DNA of 64,000 nucleotides from an uncultured Acidobacteriota bacterium (GTDB lineage Bacteria; Acidobacteriota; Thermoanaerobaculia; Multivoradales; UBA5704): NCBI GenBank assembly GCA_963770895.1, contig CAVYRF010000002.1, positions 3,616,001 to 3,680,000 of the forward strand, read 5' to 3'. Shown piece by piece: positions 50,401 to 59,955 of this stretch (position 1 is its first letter; each line of letters starts with the position of its first letter). The notes under the pieces were generated by a model. It saw only the letters and a program-made list of their open reading frames with translations, ran no database searches and was not told where the DNA came from. The position numbers and the translations under genes were made by a program.

Positions 50401-52185
50401 CGTGCCCGGCGGCCCCGCGGCCCCGGCCGTGGCACCGTGGCAGGTGGAGAGGTAGAGCAGCCGCGGCAGCGGTCCGGCGTCGCGCAGGCGGCGTACCAGG
50501 TCGCCCACGGTCACGGGGTGCGCCAGTGCCGCCTCGTCCTCGAAGAGCAGGACTCCCGGCCGGCCGTGGCCGCTCCAGTGGACGACCGGCGGGTGGACGC
50601 GCTCGACCGTGCCTGCCAATTCGTCGAGCGTTCCCAGGTCGGTGACCAGCAGGCGCCGCTCTTCGGCGCCCTGGCCCAGCGCGCGCCAGAGGCGATACAT
50701 CTCCAGCTCGGAGTCGAGATCGGTCGCATCCACCGGCGCGGCGCAGCAGGCCACGATCGCGAGCGGCTGGTCGGGATCCCTGAGTCCCGCGACACCCGCT
50801 AGCACCGCCTCGCGCGCCAAGTCGAGCGTGCCGTCCTCGACCGGAAAGCGCCCGTCCAGGCGCAGCAGCTCCCAGGGCAGCGCCAGCGCCCGGTCGGCCC
50901 GCATCTCCGCGGCCTCGCCGCTGCCGGCCATCCGCACCCGCAGGTGCAGGAGGGGCGGCTCGCCGCCGAGCCCCGCGCGGACTGCCGCCGCAAGCGCCGC
51001 CCGCGCCGCCGGCGAGAGCAGTGCCGCCGTCATCCGGTCGCCGACGCTGGCGGCGAGCGCGCGTAGGCCGGCCGCCGCCACGGCCGCTGCCGCGGTGAGC
51101 TGTCCGCGCTCGTCGGTGGGCAGTGCCCGGTGATCCTGCTCGCGCAGCATTTCGAGATCCCCGAGCAGCGCGGGGTCGGCCAGCGGGTCGCGGACCGGCC
51201 AGTCTGGGCAGCCCGCCAGGCGGGCCGGCCAGACGCCGCTGTCCGCTCCCACTTCGAGCTCGAGGTCGAGCCGCCGCAGCTCCGGGGCCTCCTCCGCCGC
51301 CACCTCGCCCAGGAGCTCCGCGAGCTGCGCGTGGTCGCGGAGAGTCAGCGGGCGGAGGTTGCCGCGGGCCAGGGCGCCGGAGGCGTGCCCACCTTCCCAG
51401 ACGGCCTCGGTCGCCGCCTTCCAGGCCGCTGCGGTCATCAGCGCGCGCCAGGGCTTGAGGCCGCTCGCCGTCGCGTCGCTCTGTGCCGCCAGCCAGTCGA
51501 GCAGCCGCGGGTCCTGGAGCGAGCAGCCGACGAAGAGGATCTCCCGCTGGCGCTGCAGCGCGTCGAGCTGCGCGCGAAGGAATGGATAGGTCCTTCCGAA
51601 CTCCTCATAGGATCGGCCCGAGAGCACCGCATGCCGCCAGTCTTCCCGCGAGCCGTGGAGCTTCATCAGCCGCACGGCTCCGTCGCCGGCCACCGTCGCG
51701 TTGCCTTCCAGTGTCTCCAGGACAAAGTTCACGCCCGCATCGGCCAGCGCACGCTCCAGGAGGTCGTCGTAGTTGGTGGTGGCGATGGTGTGGAAGCAGC
51801 CGGCTCCGGCGAGTCGCGCGATGGCCCGATGGACGGGCGTCGGCTGGTGGTCTGCCGCCGAGCGCGGCGCGAAGAGGCGCTGCAGGATGTCGGCGAGCTC
51901 GCCCGCCCCGCGCGAGGTGACGAACGCATCCACCACGCGCGGGAACGGAGCCGCGCCGCCCGCGCCGATCGGCTCATCCGTCCGCCGGGCGAGCGCCGCC
52001 AGGATCGCCTGCGTGCTCGGGTACCCCGCCGCCACCGAGGCGCCCGCCCCGACCCAGAGCAGCGGCCGGCCTTCCAGCTCCTTGCGCAGGACCGCGGCCG
52101 TCGCCGGAATGGGCGGCTTCAGACCGGCGGCGTTCGCGGCCGCGGGGGCTCGCGATCCCGGCCCAGCCGGCGAGTGATCGGGCAT
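47473..52185 (-). CDS. SIR2-CHAT-STAND(NB-ARC-like) ATPase-TPR protein
   Basis: SIR2 GAGAS/TTNYD/KLHGS/FVGCS; CHAT LPWELL, HWSGHG, LSTC; Walker A GLGGLGKT, Walker B LVYLDDAE, GHP; C-terminal TPRs. Confidence 0.9.
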   Translation of the reverse strand: MPDHSPAGPGSRAPAAANAAGLKPPIPATAAVLRKELEGRPLLWVGAGASVAAGYPSTQAILAALARRTDEPIGAGGAAPFPRVVDAFVTSRGAGELADILQRLFAPRSAADHQPTPVHRAIARLAGAGCFHTIATTNYDDLLERALADAGVNFVLETLEGNATVAGDGAVRLMKLHGSREDWRHAVLSGRSYEEFGRTYPFLRAQLDALQRQREILFVGCSLQDPRLLDWLAAQSDATASGLKPWRALMTAAAWKAATEAVWEGGHASGALARGNLRPLTLRDHAQLAELLGEVAAEEAPELRRLDLELEVGADSGVWPARLAGCPDWPVRDPLADPALLGDLEMLREQDHRALPTDERGQLTAAAAVAAAGLRALAASVGDRMTAALLSPAARAALAAAVRAGLGGEPPLLHLRVRMAGSGEAAEMRADRALALPWELLRLDGRFPVEDGTLDLAREAVLAGVAGLRDPDQPLAIVACCAAPVDATDLDSELEMYRLWRALGQGAEERRLLVTDLGTLDELAGTVERVHPPVVHWSGHGRPGVLLFEDEAALAHPVTVGDLVRRLRDAGPLPRLLYLSTCHGATAGAAGPPGTGQRMVDAALGSEPTAPSTAASLHRAGLPQVVAYFGPVGDHQATRAAAAFYAALASGSKARQALRRARRVSSTPHFDHGKPTHVYPLGWAQLALYHRGADTATALAIAAGGPPVDLEDDRRRHFEQLNRRGGSDRVEGIRGVQRLRFGFVGRRKERAEALRRWRREGDRQLVVLGLGGLGKTALCTELAPLLARDMAPGGAAVLAFDGRHAGAQASPILALWQEVQAAHAGDAWSRRLAELQQHGITGEALAQAVVDLASIKGGLLVYLDDAESLQQPVAEVEHGEHSEHGALGRFRDAELRRFWELLRAAARPRGSLGLLASSRYLPEGTAAEVALPLAPLRRFEVVRLLAWMPTLGRLPAEDRAWLAEETIDGHPRTVEYLEVLAHQRERQLVPPGGRYQAGRWREEILAPVLPQTRDKVGADLLLGSVWAALPPNAQDHLGHCTVLTAPAPWEAVRAMEPAEGTSAVLVEAGMLSPFQAPLGGPDWWAPHRLVSNEALKHWTGEPREAHRLLGRWYEQRYGKERSQLWGERAVLHLTAAGDGDAAWPTARLVAIHLREKGRYREALGWVELVLAAAPSGAHLGVARTFQAQLGRLAGTSTVDAEQQLLRALELVEPEDRSSVLAELGKLALHKGQLRSAADYLQRSLQVETAQKGEMHRDVSTSLHTLAGVLQDQGDLAGARRHLERALEIDAQVLGTELHPSVAASLHALAGVLKAQGDLAGARRHLERALEIDAQVLGTELHPSVAASLHALAGVLQAQGDLAGARRHLERALEIKAQVLGTELHPSVAASLHELAGVLQAQGDLAGARRHLERALEIKAQVLGTELHPSVSASLHALAGVLQAQGDLAGARRHLERALEIDAQVLGTELHPSVAASLHELAGVLQAQGDLAGARRHLERVLEIEVQVFGTREHYSTAITEMNLAALFLKQGETRAARSLWEHAHAVFLAHLGVEHPYTRQAAALIGNASA
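47638..48411 (-). repeat. Six near-identical 129-bp (43-aa) TPR coding repeats
   Basis: AASLHxLAGVLxAQGDLAGARRHLERALEIxAQVLGTELHPSV; 129-bp period seen directly (e.g. 47691 vs 47820). Confidence 0.95.
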
Positions 52186-52401
52186 GTGCTAAATGCTAGC
52201 ACCCGGCAGCTGGCACCGCGTTGGATCTTCCAGCACAAGGCGGCGGAGCGGGCAACGGCCGGGGCTGGTCAGCCGGCTGCTCCGGGGTGTACCGTCGAAG
52301 CCGCTGTCGAGACGCAACATCCGGCCGGGCGCAACGTATTCGCGATGCGTCGCGAAAATCCGGCTGGCTGGGACTGCCAGGACACTTCATAAGGAGATCC
52401 T

Positions 52402-54435
52402 ATGCATCACGGTTGCAACTCGCTTTGGGCGCGCGGGGTTCAGGCCCGGCCTGCCTTGGCGCGGCAGGGGTTTGAACGCTTCGGGCCTGCTGCGCGGCTG
52501 GTCGCGCTGGCTCTGATCGGCGGGGCGGGCGCGCTGGGGCTCGCCGTGCGGGCGGATGCGCTGCCGGCTGTCGCGCTGACCGCCATGCTGGCGCCGGCGT
52601 CGGCGCCAGCGCCAGCGGGGGGGCCGGCCGACCAGGCTGCCGCGGGCGGCGACCAGGCGGCGCTGTGCGCGGAATTCGAGCATGCGCTGGACAAAATCGT
52701 GGCGGCGCGCGGGCAGGAGGGCGATGGCGCCCGGCTGGCGCGGCTGTTCGATAGCTGGTGGCGCTTCGAGCTGGCGGATCAGCCGGAGGGGGCGACCTTC
52801 ATCGGCCACTCCGATCATGACGACGTGTGGAGCGACGTGTCGCCCGAGGCGTTTGCGCGCCGGCGCGCGCTGGTTTCCAAGGTGGTTGCGGCCGCGGAGT
52901 CGATCGACCGCTCGCGCCTGGGCGAGGACGAGCGGCTCAACTACGACCTGTTCCTGCGGCGGGCGCGCCTGGATGCCGAAGGGAGCCGGTTTCCCGCCGA
53001 GCTGATGCCGATCACGCAGCTGTACGGCGTGCAGCAGGATGCGCCGGAGCTGCTGTCGCGCATGCCGGCGCGCACTGTGGCGCAGTACGACAACATCCTG
53101 GCGCGCCTGCGCCGGCTGCCGCGGCGCATCGAGCAGACGGTGACGCTGCTGCACCGGGGGCTGGCAGCCGGGGTGACGCCGCCGCGCATCACGCTGCGCG
53201 ACGTGCCGGAGCAGGTGCAGGCGCTGCTGATCGAAGACCCGGCCAGGAGCCCGCTGCTGGTGGCGTTCGCCAAGTTTCCCGACACCATCCCCGAGCGGGA
53301 TCGCGAGCGGCTGCGGCGGGAGGCCGCAGCGGCGCTGCACGACGGCGTGCTGCCGGCGCTGCGCGCCTTGCATGCCTACCTGGTCGATAGCTACGTGCCG
53401 CACGCCCGCGAATCGATCGCGATGAGCGATCTGCCGGACGGCCGCGCCTGGTATGCGTTGAATGTAAAGGTTTCGACCACCACCGACCTGACGCCGGAGC
53501 AGATCCACCAGCTGGGGCTGGCCGAGGTGAAGCGCATCCGCGCCCAGATGGATCAGCTGATTGCGAGCGTCGGCTTCAAGGGGAGCTTTGCCGACTTCCT
53601 GACCTTCCTGCGCACCGATCCGCGCTTTTACTACGACGACCCCCAGGCGCTGCTGACCGGTTACCGCGACATCTGCAAGCGTATCGATCCGGGGCTGATC
53701 AAAATCTTCGGCCGCCTGCCGCGCCTGCCGTACGGGGTCGAGCCGGTGCCCGCCTACTCCGAGAAGTCGCAGACCACCGCGTATTACGAAGGGGGGTCGC
53801 TGGCCGGCGGCCAGGCGGGGACGTTCTTTGCCAACACTTACAACCTGAAGGCGCGCCCGAAGTGGGGGATGGAGTCGCTGACCCTGCACGAATCGGTGCC
53901 AGGGCATCACCTGCAGATCTCCCTGGCTGCCGAGCTGGAGGGGGTGCCGGAGTGGCGGCGCTACAACGACTACACCGCTTACGTCGAAGGCTGGGGGCTG
54001 TACGCCGAAGGTCTGGGCGGCGAGCTGGGCCTGTACACCGATCCGTACTCGAAGTTCGGCCAGCTCAGCTACGAAGTGTGGCGCGCCATCCGGCTGGTGG
54101 TCGATACCGGCCTGCACACCATGGGGTGGAGCCGCCAGCGCGCGATCGATTATTTCAAGGCCAACTCCGCCAATACCGAGCAGGACATCACGGTGGAGGT
54201 GGATCGCTACATCGTCACGCCGGGCCAGGCCACCGCCTACAAGATCGGCCAGCTCAAGCTGCGCGAGTTGCGCGCCTTTGCCGAACAGCAGCTTGGCCCC
54301 GGTTTCGACGAACGCGCGTTCCACGACGAGGTGCTGGACAGCGGCGCCCTGCCGCTGGACGTGCTGGACGCGCGCGTCCGCGCCTGGGTCGCCGCCCAGG
54401 CACAGCGCGCCGCCAACGCGGCGAGGGACCGCTAG
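52402..54435 (+). CDS. DUF885 family protein
   Basis: SD AAGGAG; PEQIHQLGLAEV, LHESVPGHHLQ, YVEGWGLYAE, RLVVDTGLH, EVDRY, PGQATAYKIG. Confidence 0.9.
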   Translation: MHHGCNSLWARGVQARPALARQGFERFGPAARLVALALIGGAGALGLAVRADALPAVALTAMLAPASAPAPAGGPADQAAAGGDQAALCAEFEHALDKIVAARGQEGDGARLARLFDSWWRFELADQPEGATFIGHSDHDDVWSDVSPEAFARRRALVSKVVAAAESIDRSRLGEDERLNYDLFLRRARLDAEGSRFPAELMPITQLYGVQQDAPELLSRMPARTVAQYDNILARLRRLPRRIEQTVTLLHRGLAAGVTPPRITLRDVPEQVQALLIEDPARSPLLVAFAKFPDTIPERDRERLRREAAAALHDGVLPALRALHAYLVDSYVPHARESIAMSDLPDGRAWYALNVKVSTTTDLTPEQIHQLGLAEVKRIRAQMDQLIASVGFKGSFADFLTFLRTDPRFYYDDPQALLTGYRDICKRIDPGLIKIFGRLPRLPYGVEPVPAYSEKSQTTAYYEGGSLAGGQAGTFFANTYNLKARPKWGMESLTLHESVPGHHLQISLAAELEGVPEWRRYNDYTAYVEGWGLYAEGLGGELGLYTDPYSKFGQLSYEVWRAIRLVVDTGLHTMGWSRQRAIDYFKANSANTEQDITVEVDRYIVTPGQATAYKIGQLKLRELRAFAEQQLGPGFDERAFHDEVLDSGALPLDVLDARVRAWVAAQAQRAANAARDR

Positions 54436-54448
54436 CGGGCGGGGGCGG

Positions 54449-55180
54449 TCAGCGGCTGCGCAGCTTGGTGAGCAGGCGCAGGATCTCAAGGTAGAGCCAG
54501 ATCAGCGTCACCATGACGCCGAAGGCGCCGTACCACTCCATGAACCGCGGTGCGCCGGCGGCCGCGCCGGCCTGGATGAAGCTGAAGTCGAGCGCCAGGT
54601 TGGCCGCCGCCACCGCCACCACCGCGAGGCTGAACAGGATGCCGAAGGTGCCGCCGCTCTGGAGCAACGGCACGTGCACGTTGAAGAAGCTGAGCCCCAT
54701 CGCCACCAGGTAGAACAGGGCGATGGCGCCGGTCGCGGCGATGACCACGGTGCGGAAGCGCTCGGTCACGCGGATGATGCCGGTGCTGTAGGCGAGCAGC
54801 ATCACCGCCAGCGTCGCAAAGGTGAGCGCCACCGCCTGCACCGCGATGCCGTGCGAGGCGACGTTGTACATCCGCGAGATGCCGCCCAGCAGCAGCCCTT
54901 CGCACAGCGCGTAGAGCGGCGCGGTGATCGGCGCCCAGCGCTTGACGAAGATGGTGGTCAGCGCCCCCGCCAGACCGCCGATCAGGCCCAGCAGGATGAG
55001 CGGCGCGGCCGCCGCCATGTCGTCGCCCGCCAGGTTCCAGGTCCAGGTGGCCGACGCCATGGTCAGCAGCACCAGGATGCCGGTCTTGTTGATGGTGCCC
55101 TGCACCGTCATCCCTGCCGTGGCGGTGCCCGCCAGGCTGGTGAAGGTATTGGAATTGAGCGCCGGGTTGCTGCCTCGCAT
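54449..55180 (-). CDS. Bax inhibitor-1/YccA family membrane protein
   Basis: SNPAL, MTVQGTINKT, LALDF, EWYGAFG, WLYLEILRLL; SD AAGGAG. Confidence 0.9.
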   Translation of the reverse strand: MRGSNPALNSNTFTSLAGTATAGMTVQGTINKTGILVLLTMASATWTWNLAGDDMAAAAPLILLGLIGGLAGALTTIFVKRWAPITAPLYALCEGLLLGGISRMYNVASHGIAVQAVALTFATLAVMLLAYSTGIIRVTERFRTVVIAATGAIALFYLVAMGLSFFNVHVPLLQSGGTFGILFSLAVVAVAAANLALDFSFIQAGAAAGAPRFMEWYGAFGVMVTLIWLYLEILRLLTKLRSR

Positions 55181-55254
55181 GGGAAGCTCCTTCTGCCGCA
55201 GCCGGATTGCTGGCAGAATAGCACCAGTATCGCACACCGCGCTACGCGCGGCGG

Positions 55255-57591
55255 TCAGGCTGGCGTCGTGCGCCGCGTGCTGCAGAGCCAGGCCGACGCG
55301 GCGAGCCCGAGGAGGCAGAGGGCGAGGGCGAGCCGCCAGTGGGCAGGCTGGTAGGTGAGCTGCACGTGGTGGCTTCCCGGCCCCACGACCAGGGCGACAA
55401 ACCCGCCGTCGGCTTCGGCGACCTCGGGTTGCGGGCCGCCCGGCGCAGCGGTGGCGCGCCAGCCGGCCGCGAAGCTGACGCTCGACGCGACGACGGCTCC
55501 GGCGGGAGCGACGACGTCGAGCACCCACCCGTTCGCAATCGGCGCCGCGCTGACCGTACCGCTCTGCGGCCCCGCCAGGCGGGCATGGCTCGGCGGCAGG
55601 ATGGCGGCTTCGCCCGGCCGCTCGCTGGCCAGCAGGTCGCGCGCGGGATCGGGCGACGTCAGCACCCGGCGCGGCACGAAAAAGAGCGGCAGCGCCCCCG
55701 GATTGCGCCAGATCCGCCCGCCTTGGCCCTCCCAGGCCAGCTCCCACGGCGGCGGCATCCGCTGGCGGTGGTCGGTGAGCACGCAGCGCACGCCCAGCAG
55801 GTCGAGCAGCGGCTGGCGAAAGCCCTGCGGCGACAGGAACGGGTCCCGGCCGACCTGGTAGTGCAGCCGCATGCTGCGGCCGACCACGAAGGCGGCGTGG
55901 GCGGGCTGCATCGGGTCGTTGCCGCGCGGGTCCCACAGGCCGTAGAGCGCCCCCATGTTGGGGTGCAGGGCATCGAACGCTCCCAGCGTGCGGTAGGGGC
56001 CGCCGGCGGCGCCCTGCTGCGCCTGCAGGACGCGCACAGCGGCGGGCGCCGACAGGTCGAGCGTCGCGGGAACCAAGGGCTGGAAGCGATATCCCAGGAC
56101 AGCCAGCTCGGCCAGCAGCGCCGCGACCATCACCGTCGGGGCCGCCCGCCGCGCCGCGGGCAGCAGCAGGCAGGCGATCGCCGCCGCGGCGCCGGCCAGG
56201 GCCGTCCACTGCCACGCTTGCGCCCAGGCCGTGGGCGGCGCCGCCGGCGGCAGCAGCATCACGCCGATCGCCAGCGCCGCGATGGCGCCGGCCACGACGG
56301 CGCGCCGGCGGGCGGCGCCGGCGGCGGCCAGCGGGTCCAGGGCAAGCGCGCCGGCCATGGCGATCGCCAGCACGTAGAGCAGGCGAAACCGCGCCAGCGG
56401 CATGCTGCCGACGACCGGCAGCAGGCGCACCAGGCCGAAGAGCGGCGGCAGCCGCCAGGCGACGCACAGGGCCACGGCCCCGGCGGCGACCAAGGGCGCG
56501 ATGCGCCGCGGCGCCGCCAGCGCGCCGGCGAGCGCGACGCCCAGGGGCAGCAGCCCGGCATAGCCGCTGCAAAGCTCGTTGAAATTGGTGGCGGCTGGTC
56601 CCGTCCAGCTGTCTTCGCGCGGACTGCCCAGGCGCAAGGGGTCCACCACCACGGCAAAGGAGCGCGCCGCGAAGGGCGGCGGCTGCACCAGGTCGGGGTG
56701 CCGCTCGACGACGGCACGGCGCGCGCTGTCGGGGATGGCGTCGAGCACCGGCACGATCGCGGGCGCCGCGAGCAGCAGCGCCAGGACCGCGCCGCCGGCC
56801 GCCTTGATGGCAAAGGTCCGCCGCCGGACTCCCTGGCGGTGCCACAGCAGCGCGGCGCCCCACGCCGCCGCGGCCAGGCCGCTGATCGCCGTGGTTTCAG
56901 GGTGGCCGGACAGCACCTGGCCAAGCAGGCAGGCGACCAGACCGGACAGGCCGCCCGCGTCACCGCGGCGCAGCAGCACCAGCGCCAGCAGGATGCCCGG
57001 CAGCCACGCCGTCGCCATGCCCATCGGGTGATAGGACCAGCAGATCGAGTAGAGCGAAAAGGTATAGGCCAGCGCGCCAAAGGCGGCCGCCCGCACGCTG
57101 CATCCCAGCGCCTGCAGCAGGGCGTGCATCAGCAGCAGCGACAGCAGCGTCTGCCAGGCGACCACCACCGTCAGCGCCCGCAGCGGCGGCAGCGGCAGCG
57201 CCAGCAGGTGCAGCGGCGCAAAGGGCGCCGACTGCGCGTTACCCAGCAGCGGCTGCCCGGTGCCCAGCTCGTGAGCCCAGAAGGGCAGCTCGCCGCGCAG
57301 CAGGCTGCGCCGCACCAGGCTGCGAAACGGCAGCATCTGGAGCGGCAGGTCCCCGAGCAGGGGATTGCGCGGCACCGTGTCCGGCGCCACGTCGTGCCAG
57401 GGCATCCACTGGTAGGCGATGTCGGTCGGGACTTGCAGCCTGGCGGTCAGCGGCGCCGCGAACCAGGCCAGGACCAGCAGGCAGTAGCCGCACAGCACCG
57501 CCAACCGCAGGCGCCGCCAGGCCCACACGCCGCCGCAGATGATGAGGATCCCGAAGCTGCAGAGCGCCAGGGTCATTGCGGTGCGGCGCAT
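55255..57591 (-). CDS. YfhO-family (GT-C fold) membrane protein
   Basis: GELPFWAHELGTGQPLLGNAQSA, SGHPET, DPRGNDP, AGWRAT, GSHHVQLTYQP; many TM segments. Confidence 0.8.
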   Translation of the reverse strand: MRRTAMTLALCSFGILIICGGVWAWRRLRLAVLCGYCLLVLAWFAAPLTARLQVPTDIAYQWMPWHDVAPDTVPRNPLLGDLPLQMLPFRSLVRRSLLRGELPFWAHELGTGQPLLGNAQSAPFAPLHLLALPLPPLRALTVVVAWQTLLSLLLMHALLQALGCSVRAAAFGALAYTFSLYSICWSYHPMGMATAWLPGILLALVLLRRGDAGGLSGLVACLLGQVLSGHPETTAISGLAAAAWGAALLWHRQGVRRRTFAIKAAGGAVLALLLAAPAIVPVLDAIPDSARRAVVERHPDLVQPPPFAARSFAVVVDPLRLGSPREDSWTGPAATNFNELCSGYAGLLPLGVALAGALAAPRRIAPLVAAGAVALCVAWRLPPLFGLVRLLPVVGSMPLARFRLLYVLAIAMAGALALDPLAAAGAARRRAVVAGAIAALAIGVMLLPPAAPPTAWAQAWQWTALAGAAAAIACLLLPAARRAAPTVMVAALLAELAVLGYRFQPLVPATLDLSAPAAVRVLQAQQGAAGGPYRTLGAFDALHPNMGALYGLWDPRGNDPMQPAHAAFVVGRSMRLHYQVGRDPFLSPQGFRQPLLDLLGVRCVLTDHRQRMPPPWELAWEGQGGRIWRNPGALPLFFVPRRVLTSPDPARDLLASERPGEAAILPPSHARLAGPQSGTVSAAPIANGWVLDVVAPAGAVVASSVSFAAGWRATAAPGGPQPEVAEADGGFVALVVGPGSHHVQLTYQPAHWRLALALCLLGLAASAWLCSTRRTTPA

Positions 57592-57717
57592 GATACTACG
57601 GCGGTGCCGCGGCCCCGGCGGGCGCTGACGCACGGAGACAGCAGCGGCGGGCGCCGTCCAGGCCGCCCGCCGCGGGAACCGCCAGGCCGCTCGCGCGGCC
57701 GTTACACGGCTACGACA

Positions 57718-59952
57718 CTACGAGCACCAATCCAGCGCATTGTTGCCGGTGTAGTCGCACGTTGCCGTGGTGAGGCCGCTCCACACCACGTAGACGGCGT
57801 AAGTGTGGGCGTAGTTGACGCTCGGAATCGAGTTCAACCAGACCCCGCCGCTGGGCAACGGCGCGTAGGACGAGAGGATCCAGGCGCCGTTGGCGGTGAC
57901 GTCGCGGTACCACATGTGGGCCTGCGCTCCCGACGTGCCTCCGGTCGTCTCCCCGGCCACGATCAGGCTGCCCGCGGGGCCGTAGCCCGCCAGGGCTTCG
58001 GGCTGGATCCAGGTCATGACCGAGGTGGTGCCGCCGGGGATCGCGTTCGAGATGGTGATGGGCCAGTTCGCGGTGCCCTGCTCGCTGCGCCCGTCGGTGG
58101 CGGTGACGTTGAGCGTATGCGCACCGTTCGGGAAGGCCGTCGTATCGAAGCTGGCGCTCCAGCCGACGTTGGGACAGTTGGGATCGCCAGGGTAGGCGGC
58201 GCAGACGTCGCCGCGGCTGAGACCGTAGGTGTACGGCGCCAGCAGCGGCAGCTCGCCGCCGTCCATGGCGAAGGTGAGGGAGGTGATCTTGTTGGGGTCG
58301 GTCGCCCAGCCGGCCATGCCGTAGGACGTTCCGGAGATCGTGGCGCCGGACGCCGGCGCGTCGATGTACAGGCGCACCGCCGATTCCACGGTGACTTGCA
58401 GGGTCTGCGAAGCGGCGGTGAGGCCGCAGCCGTCGATCATGCGCGCTTGCAGCGAATGGACCCCGGGCGTCAGCGCCGCGGAGTTCCAGGTGTAGGTGTA
58501 GGGAGCTGCCGTCCACGTCTTGACGATGCTGCCGTCGACGTAGAGCGACGCCTGGGTGATGACGACGCCGTCGGTCGGCGCCACGGTCACCGGGGTTTCA
58601 CCGATGACGCCCGCGCCGTACGTCGGCGAGGTGATGCTGACGACCGGCTTCGCGGCGGCGCACTGGTTGTTGACGATGAACGACACAAAGTACGTCGAAG
58701 GCACCGGGTAGGGGGAGCGGTTGCTCAGCGCCACCAGGGTCAGGGTGTGCGGTCCGTTGCTCAGGGTCGTGGTGTCCAGGGTGCCGGCAAAGCCGATGTT
58801 CGGACAGTTCGGATCGGTGCCGCCCAAAGGATAGGTGCAGCTGCCCGAAGACGGCAGGTGCAGGGTCTGGTTGGCCAGGGTCACCGGCAGGTTGTCGATC
58901 CAGGCGCCAAGCTCCTGGACACCGTAGGTGGGCGCCACCAGGGTGCCCACGACGGACACCTGCCCCCAGACGGTAGCCCCCGACACCGGTTGGGCGACGG
59001 TGATCGACGGGCCGTTGCCGTTGGCTCCGGTGACGGTGTCACGCTCCGTCGAGTGGGTGCTGGCGTAGGTCAGGAACTCGTAGCAGGTGACCGTGATGTA
59101 GTCGCTCAGGGTGCCGTCGGAAAGCGTGTACGAGCCCTGTTCCGCGATGCACTTGTAGTCGAGGAACCCCTGATACCAGGGGAACGGGAACGGGTTGTCC
59201 GGGCCCGCGCAGATATCCGGGAATCGCGCGCACAGGCCGCCGAGCGGGCCCAGGGGGTCGTCGGGGTCCGGCACGGAGTTGCAGTCGCAGTCCGGCGGGC
59301 ACTGCTCGACGAACGCCTTGGGCGCGGCGTTGGAGCACATCGGCTTCTGGATCTGGTCGACCTCCTGGCAATACGACGCCAGCACCGAAGACGTGCTGGG
59401 CAGGATGCCGGTAGACATCACGCCCCCCTGGCTGCAGGTGTCGTGACCCAGCCCCAGGGCATGCCCGATTTCGTGCGCGATGTAGGCCAACAGGGCGGGA
59501 TTGTCCCAGTTGATCGACCCGTTGTCGCCGGGATTGATGCCGTACAGGGTGATGGTGTTGGAGGTGGGGTTGTTCCAGTACGCCAGGTAGTACCCGCCCT
59601 GCCCGTCGGGCGGCATCAGGGTGTTGGGCTGGTAATTGATCACGATGCTGTTGCGCGGGTTCTGGTTGCCGGTACGTCCTGTGCCGGCGACCACGCTGAG
59701 GGGCGGCATGTTCTTGAACCCGCAGGCGGTGTTCCATTCGTTGACCGCATCCTGCACGTTGAGGTTGCCTGCGAAGCTGGGTGGCACGATCACGGTGATC
59801 GACGACACGGTGTCGTCGTAGGTGACCTGGTCGAGCGGCGGCAGATCGGTCGTGCAGGACGGCGCGGACTGGGCCACGGACGTGCGCACGGCGCAGAGCC
59901 CGAGGGCCAGGAGGGTCAGGACAAGGGCGAGGCAGCGCTTGTCATGTCGCAT
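57718..59952 (-). CDS. Secreted metzincin (matrixin-like) protease with Ig-like (Big) domains
   Basis: Signal peptide; HEIGHALGLGH + Met-turn GGVMS; Cys-rich linker; repeated DTTxxxNGxHTL Ig-like domains. Confidence 0.8.
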   Translation of the reverse strand: MRHDKRCLALVLTLLALGLCAVRTSVAQSAPSCTTDLPPLDQVTYDDTVSSITVIVPPSFAGNLNVQDAVNEWNTACGFKNMPPLSVVAGTGRTGNQNPRNSIVINYQPNTLMPPDGQGGYYLAYWNNPTSNTITLYGINPGDNGSINWDNPALLAYIAHEIGHALGLGHDTCSQGGVMSTGILPSTSSVLASYCQEVDQIQKPMCSNAAPKAFVEQCPPDCDCNSVPDPDDPLGPLGGLCARFPDICAGPDNPFPFPWYQGFLDYKCIAEQGSYTLSDGTLSDYITVTCYEFLTYASTHSTERDTVTGANGNGPSITVAQPVSGATVWGQVSVVGTLVAPTYGVQELGAWIDNLPVTLANQTLHLPSSGSCTYPLGGTDPNCPNIGFAGTLDTTTLSNGPHTLTLVALSNRSPYPVPSTYFVSFIVNNQCAAAKPVVSITSPTYGAGVIGETPVTVAPTDGVVITQASLYVDGSIVKTWTAAPYTYTWNSAALTPGVHSLQARMIDGCGLTAASQTLQVTVESAVRLYIDAPASGATISGTSYGMAGWATDPNKITSLTFAMDGGELPLLAPYTYGLSRGDVCAAYPGDPNCPNVGWSASFDTTAFPNGAHTLNVTATDGRSEQGTANWPITISNAIPGGTTSVMTWIQPEALAGYGPAGSLIVAGETTGGTSGAQAHMWYRDVTANGAWILSSYAPLPSGGVWLNSIPSVNYAHTYAVYVVWSGLTTATCDYTGNNALDWCS

Positions 59953-59955
59953 GGC

